A DNA stretch of 64,000 bases, from the NCBI GenBank assembly GCA_002269645.1, contig NIVC01002029.1, positions 147,242 through 211,241 of the forward strand. Direction: 5' to 3'. The DNA is from Macrostomum lignano (taxonomy: Eukaryota). The notes beneath the pieces are model-generated. The model saw nothing but the letters and a program-made list of their open reading frames with translations, searched no databases and was not told where the DNA came from. How positions within the stretch are numbered: the stretch's first letter is position 1; each line of letters opens with the position of its first letter. Both the position numbers and the translations under genes were made by a program. Positions 13,301 through 26,307 of this stretch are shown one piece after another.

Positions 13301-13880
13301 CTCACACTGCATCCAAATCCTATAGGTAAGGATCTCCCACTGCATCCAAATCCCATAGGTGAGGATCTCCCACTGCGTCTAAATCCCATAGGTGCCTCCC
13401 ACTGCATCCAAATCCCATAGGTGAGGATCTCCCACTGCGTCTAAATCCCATAGGTGAGGATCTCCCACTGCGTCCAAATCCCATAGGTGCCTCCCACTGC
13501 ATCCAAATCCCATAGGTGAGGATCTCCCACTGCATCCAAATCCTATAGCTAAGGATCTCACACTGCATCCAAATCCTATAGGCAAGGATCTCACACTGCA
13601 TCCAAATCCCATAGGTAAGGATCTCACACTGCATCCAGATCCCATAGGTAAGGATCTCACACTGCATCCAGATCCCATAGGTAAGGATCTCACACTGCAT
13701 CCAGATCCCATAGGTAAGGATCTCCCACTGCATCCAAATCCCATAGGTAAGGATCTGACACTGCATCCAAATCCCATAAATGAGGATCTCCAACTGCATC
13801 CAAATCCCATAGGTGCCTCCCACTGCATCCAAATCCCATAGGTAAGGATCTCACACTGCATCCAGATCCCATAGATGAGG
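10311..13880. repeat. 33-bp (with 29-bp variant) minisatellite (GGTGAGGATCTCCCACTGCATCCAAATCCCATA)n, about 110 copies
   Basis: Visible unit. ORF ends at 11079/12144, 11174/12239, 11236/12301 and 11628/12693 show a 1065-bp higher-order duplication. Confidence 0.97.
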
Positions 13881-14995
13881 AGCTGACACTGCCTCCAGAT
13901 TCCAAAGGTACCTTTAAGCTACAACATTTCTGAGTATCCAATAAAGTTGAGGATCTCTTCGGATCGGTATCCAGACTCCCAGATCCCATAGGAGTCATTC
14001 AAGATGAAGTGCTTCAGCATTGCTGGCACCAAATGGGCCAGTTGTAAATAGGAAATGGCACAGCCAGCTGTCTCCCATTTCTCACAACGAGAAGAGCCTC
14101 TCACAGGCCAGTTGAAAACCTGAAGAACGGCCTTTAAGATTCATTCAAAGGAAGAAAAACTCTCAGTTGATGTAAAGGCTTTATTGATGAGGGAGAGTAT
14201 GAGCGCAAATCCCTATTGTAGAAAAAAACAAGGGAACACGGCAATACGGGGGATAGCCGGGGCAATTACTCTGCAACTATGAAGTGCAACATCGCTGCCG
14301 AAGTAGAAGCGGGTATTTGTCAAGATGCCAAAAGAATTTCCAGGGCCAAGAATACGGAGAGAAGGCCAACTTTGAGATGGAGAGAGAGAGAGCTGGGAGT
14401 TGCAGAGAAGAGATGGCGGAGGAGGATAGCGAGAATCTTGAAGAATCCAGTTGGACCGGGATGGCGGGCGGGGCAATGACAAATCGGTATATACATGAAC
14501 TATAGGCCCAGCGTTTCTCGATCTATCCTTCTATGCCAGGGGCCTCTGCAAGCAAATTACAGGCGCACAGAGACTAATCTAATGCCGGGCACTCCTTGCC
14601 ATCCCTTCTCATCCCCTCATCCAGTCCGCATACAACAACTTGTTTTGAGCACTCAACCTCGACTGCAGCTCTTCAGCCTAACAAATATATAAAACTTACT
14701 TTTGCTATCCTAAGCTGGATAGAATGAGCGAGTGATGGAGGGCGAGAAGGCAGATAGGGAGAGCTGTCATGTCGAACTGCTGCTGCTGCTTCTGGGGCTT
14801 AAGCAGATTTCTTTGATTGAATATTAGTTTGCGCGCTCTAGAGGGCTGCCAGAGGCGCCAATTCAAATTAATTGGCACCCGAAGGAAGAGCCGCCAAGCA
14901 GATTACGCAGTTTAAGGCTGGGTCAGGCGGCATCTCCGACATATTTTTGACGCAAGAGCTCTCGGGGCATTGGGGCAGGGTAGCGAATGCCATCC

Positions 14996-17900
14996 TAAAT
15001 CAGTCTGCAGATTCCTGACTAAATCAGTCTGCAGATTCCTGACTAGATCAGCCTGCAGATTCCTGACTAGATCAGTCTGCAGATTCCTGACTAGATCAGT
15101 CTGCAGATTCCTGACTAGATCAGTCTGCAGATTCCTGACTAGATCAGCCTGCAGATTCCTGACTAGATCAGTCTGCAGATTCCTGACTAGATCAGCCTGC
15201 AGATTCCTGACTAGATCAGCCTGCAGATTCCTGACTAGATCAGCCTGCAGATTCCTGACTAGATCAGTCTGCAGATTCCTGACTAGATCAGTCTGCAGAT
15301 TCCTGACTAGATCAGCCTGCAGATTCCTGACTAGATCAGCCTGCAGATTCCTGACTAGATCAGCCTGCAGATTCCTGACTAGATCAGCCTGCAGATTCCT
15401 GACTAGATCAGCCTGCAGATTCCTGACTAGATCAGCCTGCAGATTCCTGACTAGATCAGCCTGCAGATTCCTGACTAGATCAGCCTGCAGATTCCTGACT
15501 AGATCAGCCTGCAGATTCCTGACTAGATCAGCCTGCAGATTCCTGACTAGATCAGCCTGCAGATTCCTGACTAGATCAGCCTGCAGATTCCTGACTAGAT
15601 CAGCCTGCAGATTCCTGACTAGATCAGCCTGCAGATTCCTGACTAGATCAGTCTGCAGATTCCTGACTAGATCAGTCTGCAGATTCCTGACTAGATCAGT
15701 CTGCAGATTCCTGACTAGATCAGCCTGCAGATTCCTGACTAGATCAGTCTGCAGATTCCTGACTAGATCAGCCTGCAGATTCCTGACTAGATCAGCCTGC
15801 AGATTCCTGACTAGATCAGCCTGCAGATTCCTGACTAGATCAGCCTGCAGATTCCTGACTAGATCAGTCTGCAGATTCCTGACTAGATCAGCCTGCAGAT
15901 TCCTGACTAGATCAGCCTGCAGATTCCTGACTAGATCAGCCTGCAGATTCCTGACTAGATCAGCCTGCAGATTCCTGACTAGATCAGTCTGCAGATTCCT
16001 GACTAGATCAGCCTGCAGATTCCTGACTAGATCAGCCTGCAGATTCCTGACTAGATCAGCCTGCAGATTCCTGACTAGATCAGCCTGCAGATTCCTGACT
16101 AGATCAGCCTGCAGATTCCTGACTAGATCAGTCTGCAGATTCCTGACTAGATCAGCCTGCAGATTCCTGACTAGATCAGCCTGCAGATTCCTGACTAGAT
16201 CAGCCTGCAGATTCCTGACTAGATCAGTCTGCAGATTCCTGACTAGATCAGTCTGCAGATTCCTGACTAGATCAGTCTGCAGATTCCTGACTAGATCAGC
16301 CTGCAGATTCCTGACTAGATCAGTCTGCAGATTCCTGACTAGATCAGTCTGCAGATTCCTGACTAGATCAGTCTGCAGATTCCTGACTAGATCAGCCTGC
16401 AGATTCCTGACTAGATCAGCCTGCAGATTCCTGACTAGATCAGCCTGCAGATTACTGACTAGATCAGCCTGCAGATTCCTGACTAGATCAGTCTGCAGAT
16501 TCCTGACTAGATCAGCCTGCAGATTCCTGACTAGATCAGTCTGCAGATTCCTGACTAGATCAGCCTGCAGATTCCTGACTAGATCAGTCTGCAGATTCCT
16601 GACTAGATCAGCCTGCAGATTCCTGACTAGATCAGCCTGCAGATTCCTGACTAGATCAGTCTGCAGATTCCTGACTAGATCAGCCTGCAGATTCCTGACT
16701 AGATCAGCCTGCAGATTCCTGACTAGATCAGCCTGCAGATTCCTGACTAGATCAGTCTGCAGATTCCTGACTAGATCAGCCTGCAGATTCCTGACTAGAT
16801 CAGTCTGCAGATTCCTGACTAGATCAGTCTGCAGATTCCTGACTAGATCAGCCTGCAGATTCCTGACTAGATCAGCCTGCAGATTCCTGACTAGATCAGT
16901 CTGCAGATTCCTGACTAGATCAGTCTGCAGATTCCTGACTAGATCAGCCTGCAGATTCCTGACTAGATCAGTCTGCAGATTCCTGACTAGATCAGTCTGC
17001 AGATTCCTGACTAGATCAGCCTGCAGATTCCTGACTAGATCAGCCTGCAGATTCCTGACTAGATCAGTCTGCAGATTCCTGACTAGATCAGCCTGCAGAT
17101 TCCTGACTAGATCAGTCTGCAGATTCCTGACTAGATCAGTCTGCAGATTCCTGACTAGATCAGCCTGCAGATTCCTGACTAGATCAGCCTGCAGATTCCT
17201 GACTAGATCAGCCTGCAGATTCCTGACTAGATCAGCCTGCAGATTCCTGACTAGATCAGTCTGCAGATTCCTGACTAGATCAGCCTGCAGATTCCTGACT
17301 AGATCAGCCTGCAGATTCCTGACTAGATCAGCCTGCAGATTCCTGACTAGATCAGCCTGCAGATTCCTGACTAGATCAGTCTGCAGATTCCTGACTAGAT
17401 CAGCCTGCAGATTCCTGACTAGATCAGCCTGCAGATTCCTGACTAGATCAGCCTGCAGATTCCTGACTAGATCAGCCTGCAGATTCCTGACTAGATCAGT
17501 CTGCAGATTCCTGACTAGATCAGTCTGCAGATTCCTGACTAGATCAGTCTGCAGATTCCTGACTAGATCAGTCTGCAGATTCCTGACTAGATCAGTCTGC
17601 AGATTCCTGACTAGATCAGTCTGCAGATTCCTGACTAGATCAGTCTGCAGATTCCTGACTAGATCAGCCTGCAGATTCCTGACTAGATCAGTCTGCAGAT
17701 TCCTGACTAGATCAGTCTGCAGATTCCTGACTAGATCAGCCTGCAGATTCCTGACTAGATCAGCCTGCAGATTCCTGACTAGATCAGTCTGCAGATTCCT
17801 GACTAGATCAGCCTGCAGATTCCTGACTAGATCAGCTGCAGATTCCTGACTAGATCAGCCTGCAGATTCCTGACTAGATCAGCCTGCAGATTCCTGACTA

Positions 17901-19292
17901 GATCAGCCTGCAGATTCCTGACTAGATCAGCCTGCAGATTCCTGACTAGATCAGTCTGCAGATTCCTGACTAGATCAGCCTGCAGATTCCTGACTAGATC
18001 AGCCTGCAGATTCCTGACTAGATCAGCCTGCAGATTCCTGACTAGATCAGCCTGCAGATTCCTGACTAGATCAGTCTGCAGATTCCTGACTAGATCAGCC
18101 TGCAGATTCCTGACTAGATCAGCCTGCAGATTCCTGACTAGATCAGCCTGCAGATTCCTGACTAGATCAGCCTGCAGATTCCTGACTAGATCAGTCTGCA
18201 GATTCCTGACTAGATCAGTCTGCAGATTCCTGACTAGATCAGTCTGCAGATTCCTGACTAGATCAGTCTGCAGATTCCTGACTAGATCAGTCTGCAGATT
18301 CCTGACTAGATCAGCCTGCAGATTCCTGACTAGATCAGTCTGCAGATTCCTGACTAGATCAGTCTGCAGATTCCTGACTAGATCAGCCTGCAGATTACTG
18401 ACTAGATCAGTCTGCAGATTCCTGACTAGATCAGTCTGCAGATTCCTGACTAGATCAGCCTGCAGATTCCTGACTAGATCAGCCTGCAGATTCCTGACTA
18501 GATCAGCCTGCAGATTCCTGACTAGATCAGCCTGCAGATTCCTGACTAGATCAGTCTGCAGATTCCTGACTAGATCAGTCTGCAGATTACTGACTAGATC
18601 AGTCTGCAGGTTCCTGACTAGATCAGCCTGCAGATTCCTGACTAGATCAGCCTGCAGATTCCTGACTAGATCAGCCTGCAGATTCCTGACTAGATCAGCC
18701 TGCAGATTCCTGACTAGATCAGCCTGCAGATTCCTGACTAGATCAGCCTGCAGATTCCTGACTAGATCAGCCTGCAGATTCCTGACTAGATCAGTCTGCA
18801 GATTCCTGACTAGATCAGCTGCAGATTCCTGACTAGATCAGCCTGCAGATTCCTGACTAGATCAGCCTGCAGATTCCTGACTAGATCAGTCTGCAGATTC
18901 CTGACTAGATCAGCCTGCAGATTCCTGACTAGATCAGCCTGCAGATTCCTGACTAGATCAGCTGCAGATTCCTGACTAGATCAGCCTGCAGATTCCTGAC
19001 TAGATCAGCCTGCAGATTCCTGACTAGATCAGCCTGCAGATTCCTGACTAGATCAGCCTGCAGATTCCTGACTAGATCAGTCTGCAGATTCCTGACTAGA
19101 TCAGCCTGCAGATTCCTGACTAGATCAGCCTGCAGATTCCTGACTAGATCAGCCTGCAGATTCCTGACTAGATCAGCCTGCAGATTCCTGACTAGATCAG
19201 TCTGCAGATTCCTGACTAGATCAGTCTGCAGATTCCTGACTAGATCAGCCTGCAGATTCCTGACTAGATCAGCCTGCAGATTCCTGACTAGA
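14996..19292. repeat. 24-bp minisatellite (GCAGATTCCTGACTAGATCAGYCT)n, about 179 copies
   Basis: 120-bp periodicity equals 5 units; essentially one polymorphic C/T site. Source of the spurious 959-aa RSACRFLT ORF. Confidence 0.98.
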
Positions 19293-19669
19293 TAATCACC
19301 AGAGAATTAAGCACAACACAGCAACTCAACCCGAGTCTATGCGCAAGGCCACTATTATAAATAAATCTGTCTGATATATTAATTAGGTTTCTATCTGTGA
19401 GTGGGTTGGGGCTGGCGGGCCTCGCTTTACTGCCAGAGCATAGCGAATGGATTTGGCCAGATGGAGGATCGATTCTGGGCCGGCGGGAGGCGGGCCGCAA
19501 CCTCCCCCAATTTAATCGATGCTAGTGCATCCTTTTTATCTGTTTGTATCCCCCCAGCTGGTTCGGTGTGCAGCTAAGGTTTATCTTTATATTATTATTA
19601 TTGGATTGCGACACTATCACGGCTTTACGGCAGTTAAACTGCTCACATTTCAAACTGAGATTGAGAGGA

Positions 19670-20010
19670 ATGGATAGAGGTAGATAGTGGATATAGGGAC
19701 ATAGCAATACAGACAGGTAGACAATAGATTGAACAACTGGAGTGTGGATAGGAGTAGAGTAGATAGAGGCAAATAGAAAGTGGATAAGAGGCCAATATAG
19801 TGGATAGTGTAAGATACAGTGTGGATAGAGGCAGATAGAGGGTGGATAGTGCAAGATACAGTGTGGATAGGGGCAGATAAAGTGGATAGAGGTAGATAGA
19901 GAGTGGATAGTGCAAGATACAGAGTGGATAGGGGCAGATAAAGTGGATAGAGGTAGATAGAGAGTGGATAGTGCAAGATACAGAGTGGATAGGAGCAGAT
20001 AGACACGTAG
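19670..20010. repeat. Degenerate purine-rich repeat built on GTGGATAG / GATAG
   Basis: Repeated GTGGATAG(A/G/T)G blocks with a larger (~60 bp) period near 19850-20000. Confidence 0.8.
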
Positions 20011-20306
20011 TGTAGCGGATAAGGCTAGATTAAAGTACACTAAAAAAGTAGAAAGACATTTCCAATCAACCAGAATTCAGGCTCCTACAACTGACAATTA
20101 ATAAAAAATGCTGTCAATGAGCGTTCAATAGATTCGAAAACCGATAGCAAAATGCATTTATTATTAAAAAATTGCAGTGCAATACCCGAATGCTTTTACA
20201 TGCATATAGATATAAGGCTTTGAAAAACTGCATTGCACCAAAAACATTACAAATCATTGTATTGTGCTGCGATGGCTCAACAATGAATGGTGTAATTCTT
20301 ATCCGC

Positions 20307-21147
20307 AGTGACCCACTCTCTGTACCTGGACCCAGAGCAGTGTGACCCACTCTCTGTACCTGGGCCCAGAGCAGTGTGACCCACTCTCTGTACCTGAGCC
20401 CAGAGCAGTGTGACCCACTCTCTGTACCTGGGCCCAGAGCAGTGTGACCCACTCTCTGTACCTGGGCCCAGAGCAGTGTGACCCACTCTCTGTACCTGGG
20501 CCCAGAGCAGTGTGACCCGTTCTCTGTACCTGGGCCCAGAGTAGTGTGACCCGCTCTCTGTACCTGGGCCCAGAGTAGTGTGACCCGCTCTCTGTACCTG
20601 GGCCCAGAGTAGTGTGACCCGCTCTCTGTACCTGGGCCCAGAGCAGTGTGACCCGCTCTCTGTACCTGGGCCCAGAGCAGTGTGACCCGCTCTCTGTACC
20701 TGGGCCCAGAGCAGTGTGACCCGCTCTCTGTACCTGGGCCCAGAGCAGTGTGACCCGCTCTCTGTACCTGGGCCCAGAGCAGTGTGACCCACTCTCTGTA
20801 CCTGGGCCCAGAGCAGTGTGACCCACTCTCTGTACCTGGGCCCAGAGCAGTGTGACCCGCTCTCTGTACCTGGGCCCAGAGCAGTGTGACCCGCTCTCTG
20901 TACCTGGGCCCAGAGCAGTGTGACCCACTCTCTGTACCTGGACCCAGAGCAGTGTGACCCACTCTCTGTACCTGGGCCCAGAGCAGTGTGACCCGCTCTC
21001 TGTACCTGGGCCCAGAGCAGTGTGACCCACTCTCTGTACCTGGGCCCAGAGCAGTGTGACCCGCTCTCTGTACCTGGGCCCAGAGCAGTGTGACCCGCTC
21101 TCTGTACCTGGGCCCAGAGCAGTGTGACCCACTCTCTGTACCTGGAC
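20307..21147. repeat. 34-bp minisatellite (AGAGCAGTGTGACCCRCTCTCTGTACCTGGGCCC)n, about 25 copies
   Basis: Visible unit; the 34-aa ORF period equals 3x34 bp. Confidence 0.97.
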
Positions 21148-21714
21148 ATGAAATTTATCTTCATACCCTAAAAAGGACTTTGTGGAGCACACAATAGGTG
21201 ATGCGTACATTGGTATAAAAATTAATGGTGATAAGGGATGATTAAATATGCGCAAAAGTGCAAGTGCGAAAGCGTGTTGCAATTTAAATTAGCAGAAAAT
21301 TAACAATTAGTAAATAAGTAAAGAGCGCGAGTGCGAAAGTACAAATAAGTTGTTAAACAGTAAGAAAATGATGAAAGCCAATACAGATGAAAGTTTTCTG
21401 GAAACAGAGAGCTTGAAAAAATATGCATTTAAATTACTGACCAACTGGTTATTTAAATATCAGCATAAATGCTTACTATAGCCAGTAGAAAACGGATTTT
21501 AAAAATTTGAGCAATAAAAATAGATAAACGAATGTCTGGCTAATTAAAACAGTTTAACCAGAGCAATAAATTATGATGAGCGAAGCAATTATCTATTAGA
21601 GTTAAAATTTTATTACTTTCTTTATTGCTGAACGATATCGATCGCATGAATAAAACCCAAAACTGAGTTAAAGCCTTTAACTTAAAGATGCTAATTAAAA
21701 CTGTACGTTAATTA

Positions 21715-22435
21715 ACTAAATAAACCCAAAGTGGCAAAGGTGCTAATTACACCTGAGCGCTAATTAATTAAATCAACCCAAATCTGCAAAGGTGCTAATT
21801 ACACCTGAGCGCTAATTAATTAAATAAACCCAAATCTGCAAAGGTGCTAATTACACCTGAGCGCTAATTAATTAAATAAACCCAAAGCTGCAGAGGTGCT
21901 AATTACACCTGAGCGCTAATTAATTAAATAAACCCAAAGCGGCAGAGGTGCTAATTACACCTGAACGCTAATTAACTAAATAAACCCAAAGCTGCAGAGG
22001 TGCTAATTACACCTGAGCGCTAATCAATTAAATAAACCCAAAGCGGCAGAGGTGCTAATTACACCTGAGCGCTAATCAATTAAATAAACCCAAAGCGGCA
22101 GAGGTGCTAATTACACCTGAGCGCTTATTAATTAAATAAACCCAAAGCTGCAGAGGTGCTAATTACACCTGAGCGCTAATTAATTAAATAAACCAAATGC
22201 GGCGAAGTTGCTAATTACACGTGAACGCTTATTAATTAAATAAACCCAAAGCTGCAGAGGTGCTAATTACACCTGAGCGCTAATTAATTAAATAAACCAA
22301 ATGCGGCGAAGTTGCTAATTACACGTGAACGCTAATTAATTAAATAAACCAAATGCGGCGAAGTTGCTAATTACACCTGAACGCTAATTAATTAAATAAA
22401 CCCAAAACGGCAAATTAGCAAATGTGCTAATTACA
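21715..22435. repeat. ~52-bp AT-rich minisatellite, about 14 copies, downstream of CDC6
   Basis: Unit approximately AAAGCTGCAGAGGTGCTAATTACACCTGAGCGCTAATTAATTAAATAAACCC. Confidence 0.93.
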
Positions 22436-22515
22436 GCTGCGGGGTAAGCACACTCAAAGCTGAATTAGGTCAGGTGTTAATTGCCGCTGTTTTACGCCAT
22501 ACAAAATTAATTTAA

Positions 22516-25500
22516 TTATCGCGCAGGCCCAACATCGGCCAGCAGGCCGGGGTCGGCGACAAGCTCTTCAACGTCGCGATCGTCCAGACGAAGCGCAATG
22601 CGGGACATCCGGGCCTCGGCTGCCTTGGTGAGGCGCAGCACGCCGGTGTCGTGCAACGACTGGCAGTAGGACGGCAGCTCGTCCCACAGAGGCGGCGGCA
22701 TCTGGCGAGCCGAGCAGAGCTCGCGCAGACTCGAGTCCAGCTCCGCCAGCGTTGCCTGCGGGCATTGCGAGAGTGAATTAAAACAAGGTCATCCCAGGTC
22801 AACAGGGAGGTCAGCAGGTTCACTGGCAAAAAAATTCGGCGGTCGCTAGAAAAAATAGGTCACTTCAGTTTCTAGGAAAACAGTTGGTTTGAATGTAGGA
22901 ATTCTAGGAAACTGACACATGCTTGAGCTGACATAAATTTCGCCGCAGAATATCATTTCTCACCTGTCGTTGACCCCGCCGACGAAGCCGCAGCGCCGCG
23001 GCAGCCGTCAGCCGTAAGTGCAACGGGAGTCGCCGTTGCGGCGTGTCCGGGGTAGCCAGACTGCTGGAGCCGCCGACCACGGCGGCCAGCGGCGACGCAG
23101 TCGCGGCTTTCAAAGCTTCGCCAACGTGTCGCACAGTCGGCGAACCATCGGCCAGTTCAACGGATCGGCGGCAGACTTCCAGGAGGCGTCGGGCATCTCC
23201 GGTGCTGGCGGCGATTCGGCCAGCTGCCAGTCGGACAGCGTCGGCGGTTTCGGCAGCCAGCGCGGCCGGGGCCGCGGCGAATCGGGCGGTGACGATGGCG
23301 AGCAGGTCGGCTCGGGTATAGGGCGAGAAACTGAGCTGGCGAAGGCCGGCTGGCCGGGACACGGTGGCCGAGGCGGGGAACAGCCGGTCGCACAGGCTCA
23401 GCGAGTTGGCCACGCCTAGTACGCGAAGCCGGTTGCCGTCGCCAGCTCCGGCCAGACTGTCCGGCCAGCGAAAGATTCGCCGAAGATTGGCCAAGTCAAT
23501 CTGGTCGATTTCGTCCAGCACCAGAGACAGCGACTGCTGCTGCTGCTGCAGGAAGCGCCTGATGGCCGCCTCCGCCAGCTTCAAAGAGCCGGCGCCGCCA
23601 TCTCCGCCGCTGTTAGCGGAGCTATTTTTAGCATCAACCAGCTGGGCCAGCTGAGCAGAGAATGACTTGGCGGATTCGCCAGTCTCCATGCAGTTGTGCA
23701 GAATACAGCGGACGCCTTTGACAGATTGCAGCTTGCGAACGGCGGTTTTAACGGCGGCAGTTTTGCCTGCGGTTTTTTAGCAGAGGAAATCATTGCCAGT
23801 GTTATGAAGAGCTTTATTAAACTACAGACCTGCTAGCTTATGATAAGAAGTAGCGAATCTAGAGTTTTACAATAGGATGTTCCTATAATAGGGATCTTCA
23901 ATAACGATGTACAGCTTCAATAAGGATGTACAGCTTCAGTAAGGATGTACAGCTTCAGTAAGGATGTACAGCTTCAATAAGGATGTACAGCTTCAATCAG
24001 TATGTACAGCTTTAATAAGGATGTACAGCTTCAATCAGTATGTACAGCTTCAATAAGGATGTACAGCTTCAGTAAGGATGTACAGCTTCAGTAAGGATGT
24101 ACAGCTTCAGTAAGGATGTACAGCTTCAATAAGGATGTACAGCTTCAGTAAGGATGTACAGCTTCAGTAAGGATGTACAGCTTCAGTAAGGATGTACAGC
24201 TTCAGTAAGGATGTACAGCTTCAGTAAGGATGTACAGCTTCAGTAAGGATGTACAGCTTCAGTAAGGATGTACAGCTTTAATAAGGATGTACAGCTTCAA
24301 TCAGTATGTACAGCTTTAATAAGGATGTACAGCTTCAATCAGTATGTACAGCTTCAATAAGGATGTACAGCTTCAGTAAGGATGTACAGCTTCAGTAAGG
24401 ATGTACAGCTTCAGTAAGGATGTACAGCTTCAATAAGGATGTACAGCTTCAGTAAGGATGTACAGCTTCAGTAAGGATGTACAGCTTCAGTAAGGATGTA
24501 CAGCTTCAGTAAGGATGTACAGCTTCAATAAGGATGTACAGCTTTAATAAGGATGTACAGCTTCAGTAAGGATGTACAGCTTCAGTAAGGATGTACAGCT
24601 TCAGTAAGGATGTACAGCTTTAGTAAGGATGTACAGCTTCAGTAAGGATATACAGTTTCAATAAGGATGTACAGCTTCAGTAAGGATGTACAGCTTCAGT
24701 AAGGATGTACAGCTTCAGTAAGGATGTACAGCTTCAGTAAGGATGTACAGCTTCAATAAGGATGTACAGCTTCAGTAAGGATGTACAGCTTCAGTAAGGA
24801 TGTACAGCTTCAGTAAGGATGTACAGCTTCAATAAGGATGTACAGCTTTAATAAGGACTTCAGGAAGGCCATCTAGACATCAATGGCGTGTGAAGTATCA
24901 AGGATGTCTCACCTGAGCCCGGCGCCCCGCAGACATACAGCACGCTATGGCCGGCCTTGCCCCTGAGAAAAGTCTCCAGAGTTTCCAGCTCAGCTTGCCG
25001 ACCAACCAAACTGACATCGTCCCGCTCAGAGATGGCACTCTGCAGCAGCTGTTTGAGCTCAACAGACTGAGCGCTGGCCCTGAGCAGGGTAGACTTGCGC
25101 AGGTCGCACTCGGCCTCTTCTTCATCACGCTGCGGATGCTGCTTTGCTTTTAACTTATTAGGAGTTGCTCTTGTTGCTGCTGCTGCCGCTGAAAGAAAGA
25201 GAGAGAGGGGGGGCATGGCAGGTTTCGATGAGCGGTGGCTACAGACTTGTGAAACTCGAGTCTAAGAGTCTTGCCCTCCAAGCCAAGGAGCATATTGAAT
25301 GCTCATTTTTTAAATACGACTTGTCTGTCCTATGGCGCGCTTTGTGCTAAAGAAAGATTTCTCCTCCTGCCCTGAATATCTTCTTAAGGTACCAATTGCA
25401 GAGGAGACGCCAGCTATAGAGGGGGCGCAAGCTACAGAGAGAGCGCCAGCTACAGTGGGGGGCGCCGGCTACAGTGGGGGGCCGCCAGCTACAGTGGGGG

Positions 25501-26307
25501 GCGCCGGCTACAGTGGGGGCCGCCAGCTACAGTGGGGGGCGCCGGCTACAGTGGGGGGGGGCGCCAGCTACAGAAAGGGGACGCCAGCTACAGTGGGGGA
25601 GGGCGCCAGCTACAGAAAGGGGACGCCAGCTACAGAGAGAGCGCCAGCTACAGTGGGGGGCGCCAGCTACAGAAAGGGGACGCCAGCTACAGTGGGGGAG
25701 GGCGCCAGCTACAGAAAGGGGACGCCAGCTACAGAGAGAGCGCCAGCTACAGTGGGGGGCGCCAGCTACAGTGGGGGGGCGCCAGCTACAGAGAGGAGAC
25801 GCCAGCTACAGAGAGGAGACGCCAGCTACAGAGAGGAGACGCCAGCTACAGAGAGAGCGCCAGCTACAGTGGGGGGCGCCAGCTACAGAAAGGGGACGCC
25901 AGCTACAGTGGGGGGCGCCAGCTACAGAGAGGAGACGCCAGCTACAGAGAGGAGACGCCAGCTACAGAGAGGAGACGCCAGCTACAGAGGGGGGGGGGCA
26001 TGCCTGCACACATACTCAGGGGGAAAGCTGCTGCAGACAAGTCAACGCCCCTGCTCCCACTCCAAATAAGCTCACCTTCAACAGTCGCATTTTCCTTCTC
26101 CAGCTGCTCGTCATCAATTTCAGCTATTGACTTCTTCTTGCCCTTCATCGGCTTGCTCTTGGCCTTAGCAACCGACTGTCGCCGCCCAGTCCGCTGTTGC
26201 TTAGCCTTTGTCGGTGTCTCGAATAATTCCTCAGACTGGCCTGGGGCCACCTCCGACAGCGGCTGCTGCTGCTGTTGAAGCACAGACCTTCTTCTGGTTG
26301 TTGGCAT
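22516..26307 (-). CDS. CDC6: Cell division control protein 6 (AAA+ ATPase + winged helix), 4 exons, about 516 aa
   Basis: Exons 26307-26076, 25188-24913, 23766-22964, 22755-22516, all GT-AG with matching phases (1551 nt). Splicing restores Walker A GAPGSG|KT; Walker B LVLDEIDQ; VLGVANSL, FSPYT and GDARRLLEVCRR are Cdc6-family motifs. Confidence 0.9.
23900..24857. repeat. 19-bp minisatellite (AGGATGTACAGCTTCAGTA)n, about 50 copies, filling CDC6 intron 2
   Basis: Visible unit; occupies most of intron 24912-23767. Confidence 0.97.
25408..25990. repeat. Variable 19-23-bp minisatellite with GCCAGCTACAG core in CDC6 intron 1
   Basis: CGCCAGCTACAG followed by TGGGGGG, AAAGGGGA or AGAGGAGA variants. 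Confidence 0.93.

Noticed and set aside
10238-13998. Many minus-strand Cys/Trp-rich ORFs
   Set aside because: Overlapping translations of the 33/29-bp array in all frames.
14200-14505. Fragment CNYEVQHRCR..YLSR reminiscent of the end of a Gypsy RNase H
   Set aside because: Too short and degenerate; no RT or integrase motifs nearby.
14970-17849. 959-aa ORF (RSACRFLT)n
   Set aside because: Frame of a 24-bp minisatellite; broken by 1-nt deletions with no compensation.
1427-22435. CRISPR-like arrays
   Set aside because: Units are contiguous with no unique spacers, there are no cas genes, and the context is eukaryotic.
23018-23654. Plus-strand ORFs opposite CDC6, NGDN, NWD and FReD exons
   Set aside because: Antisense shadows of GC-rich coding exons.
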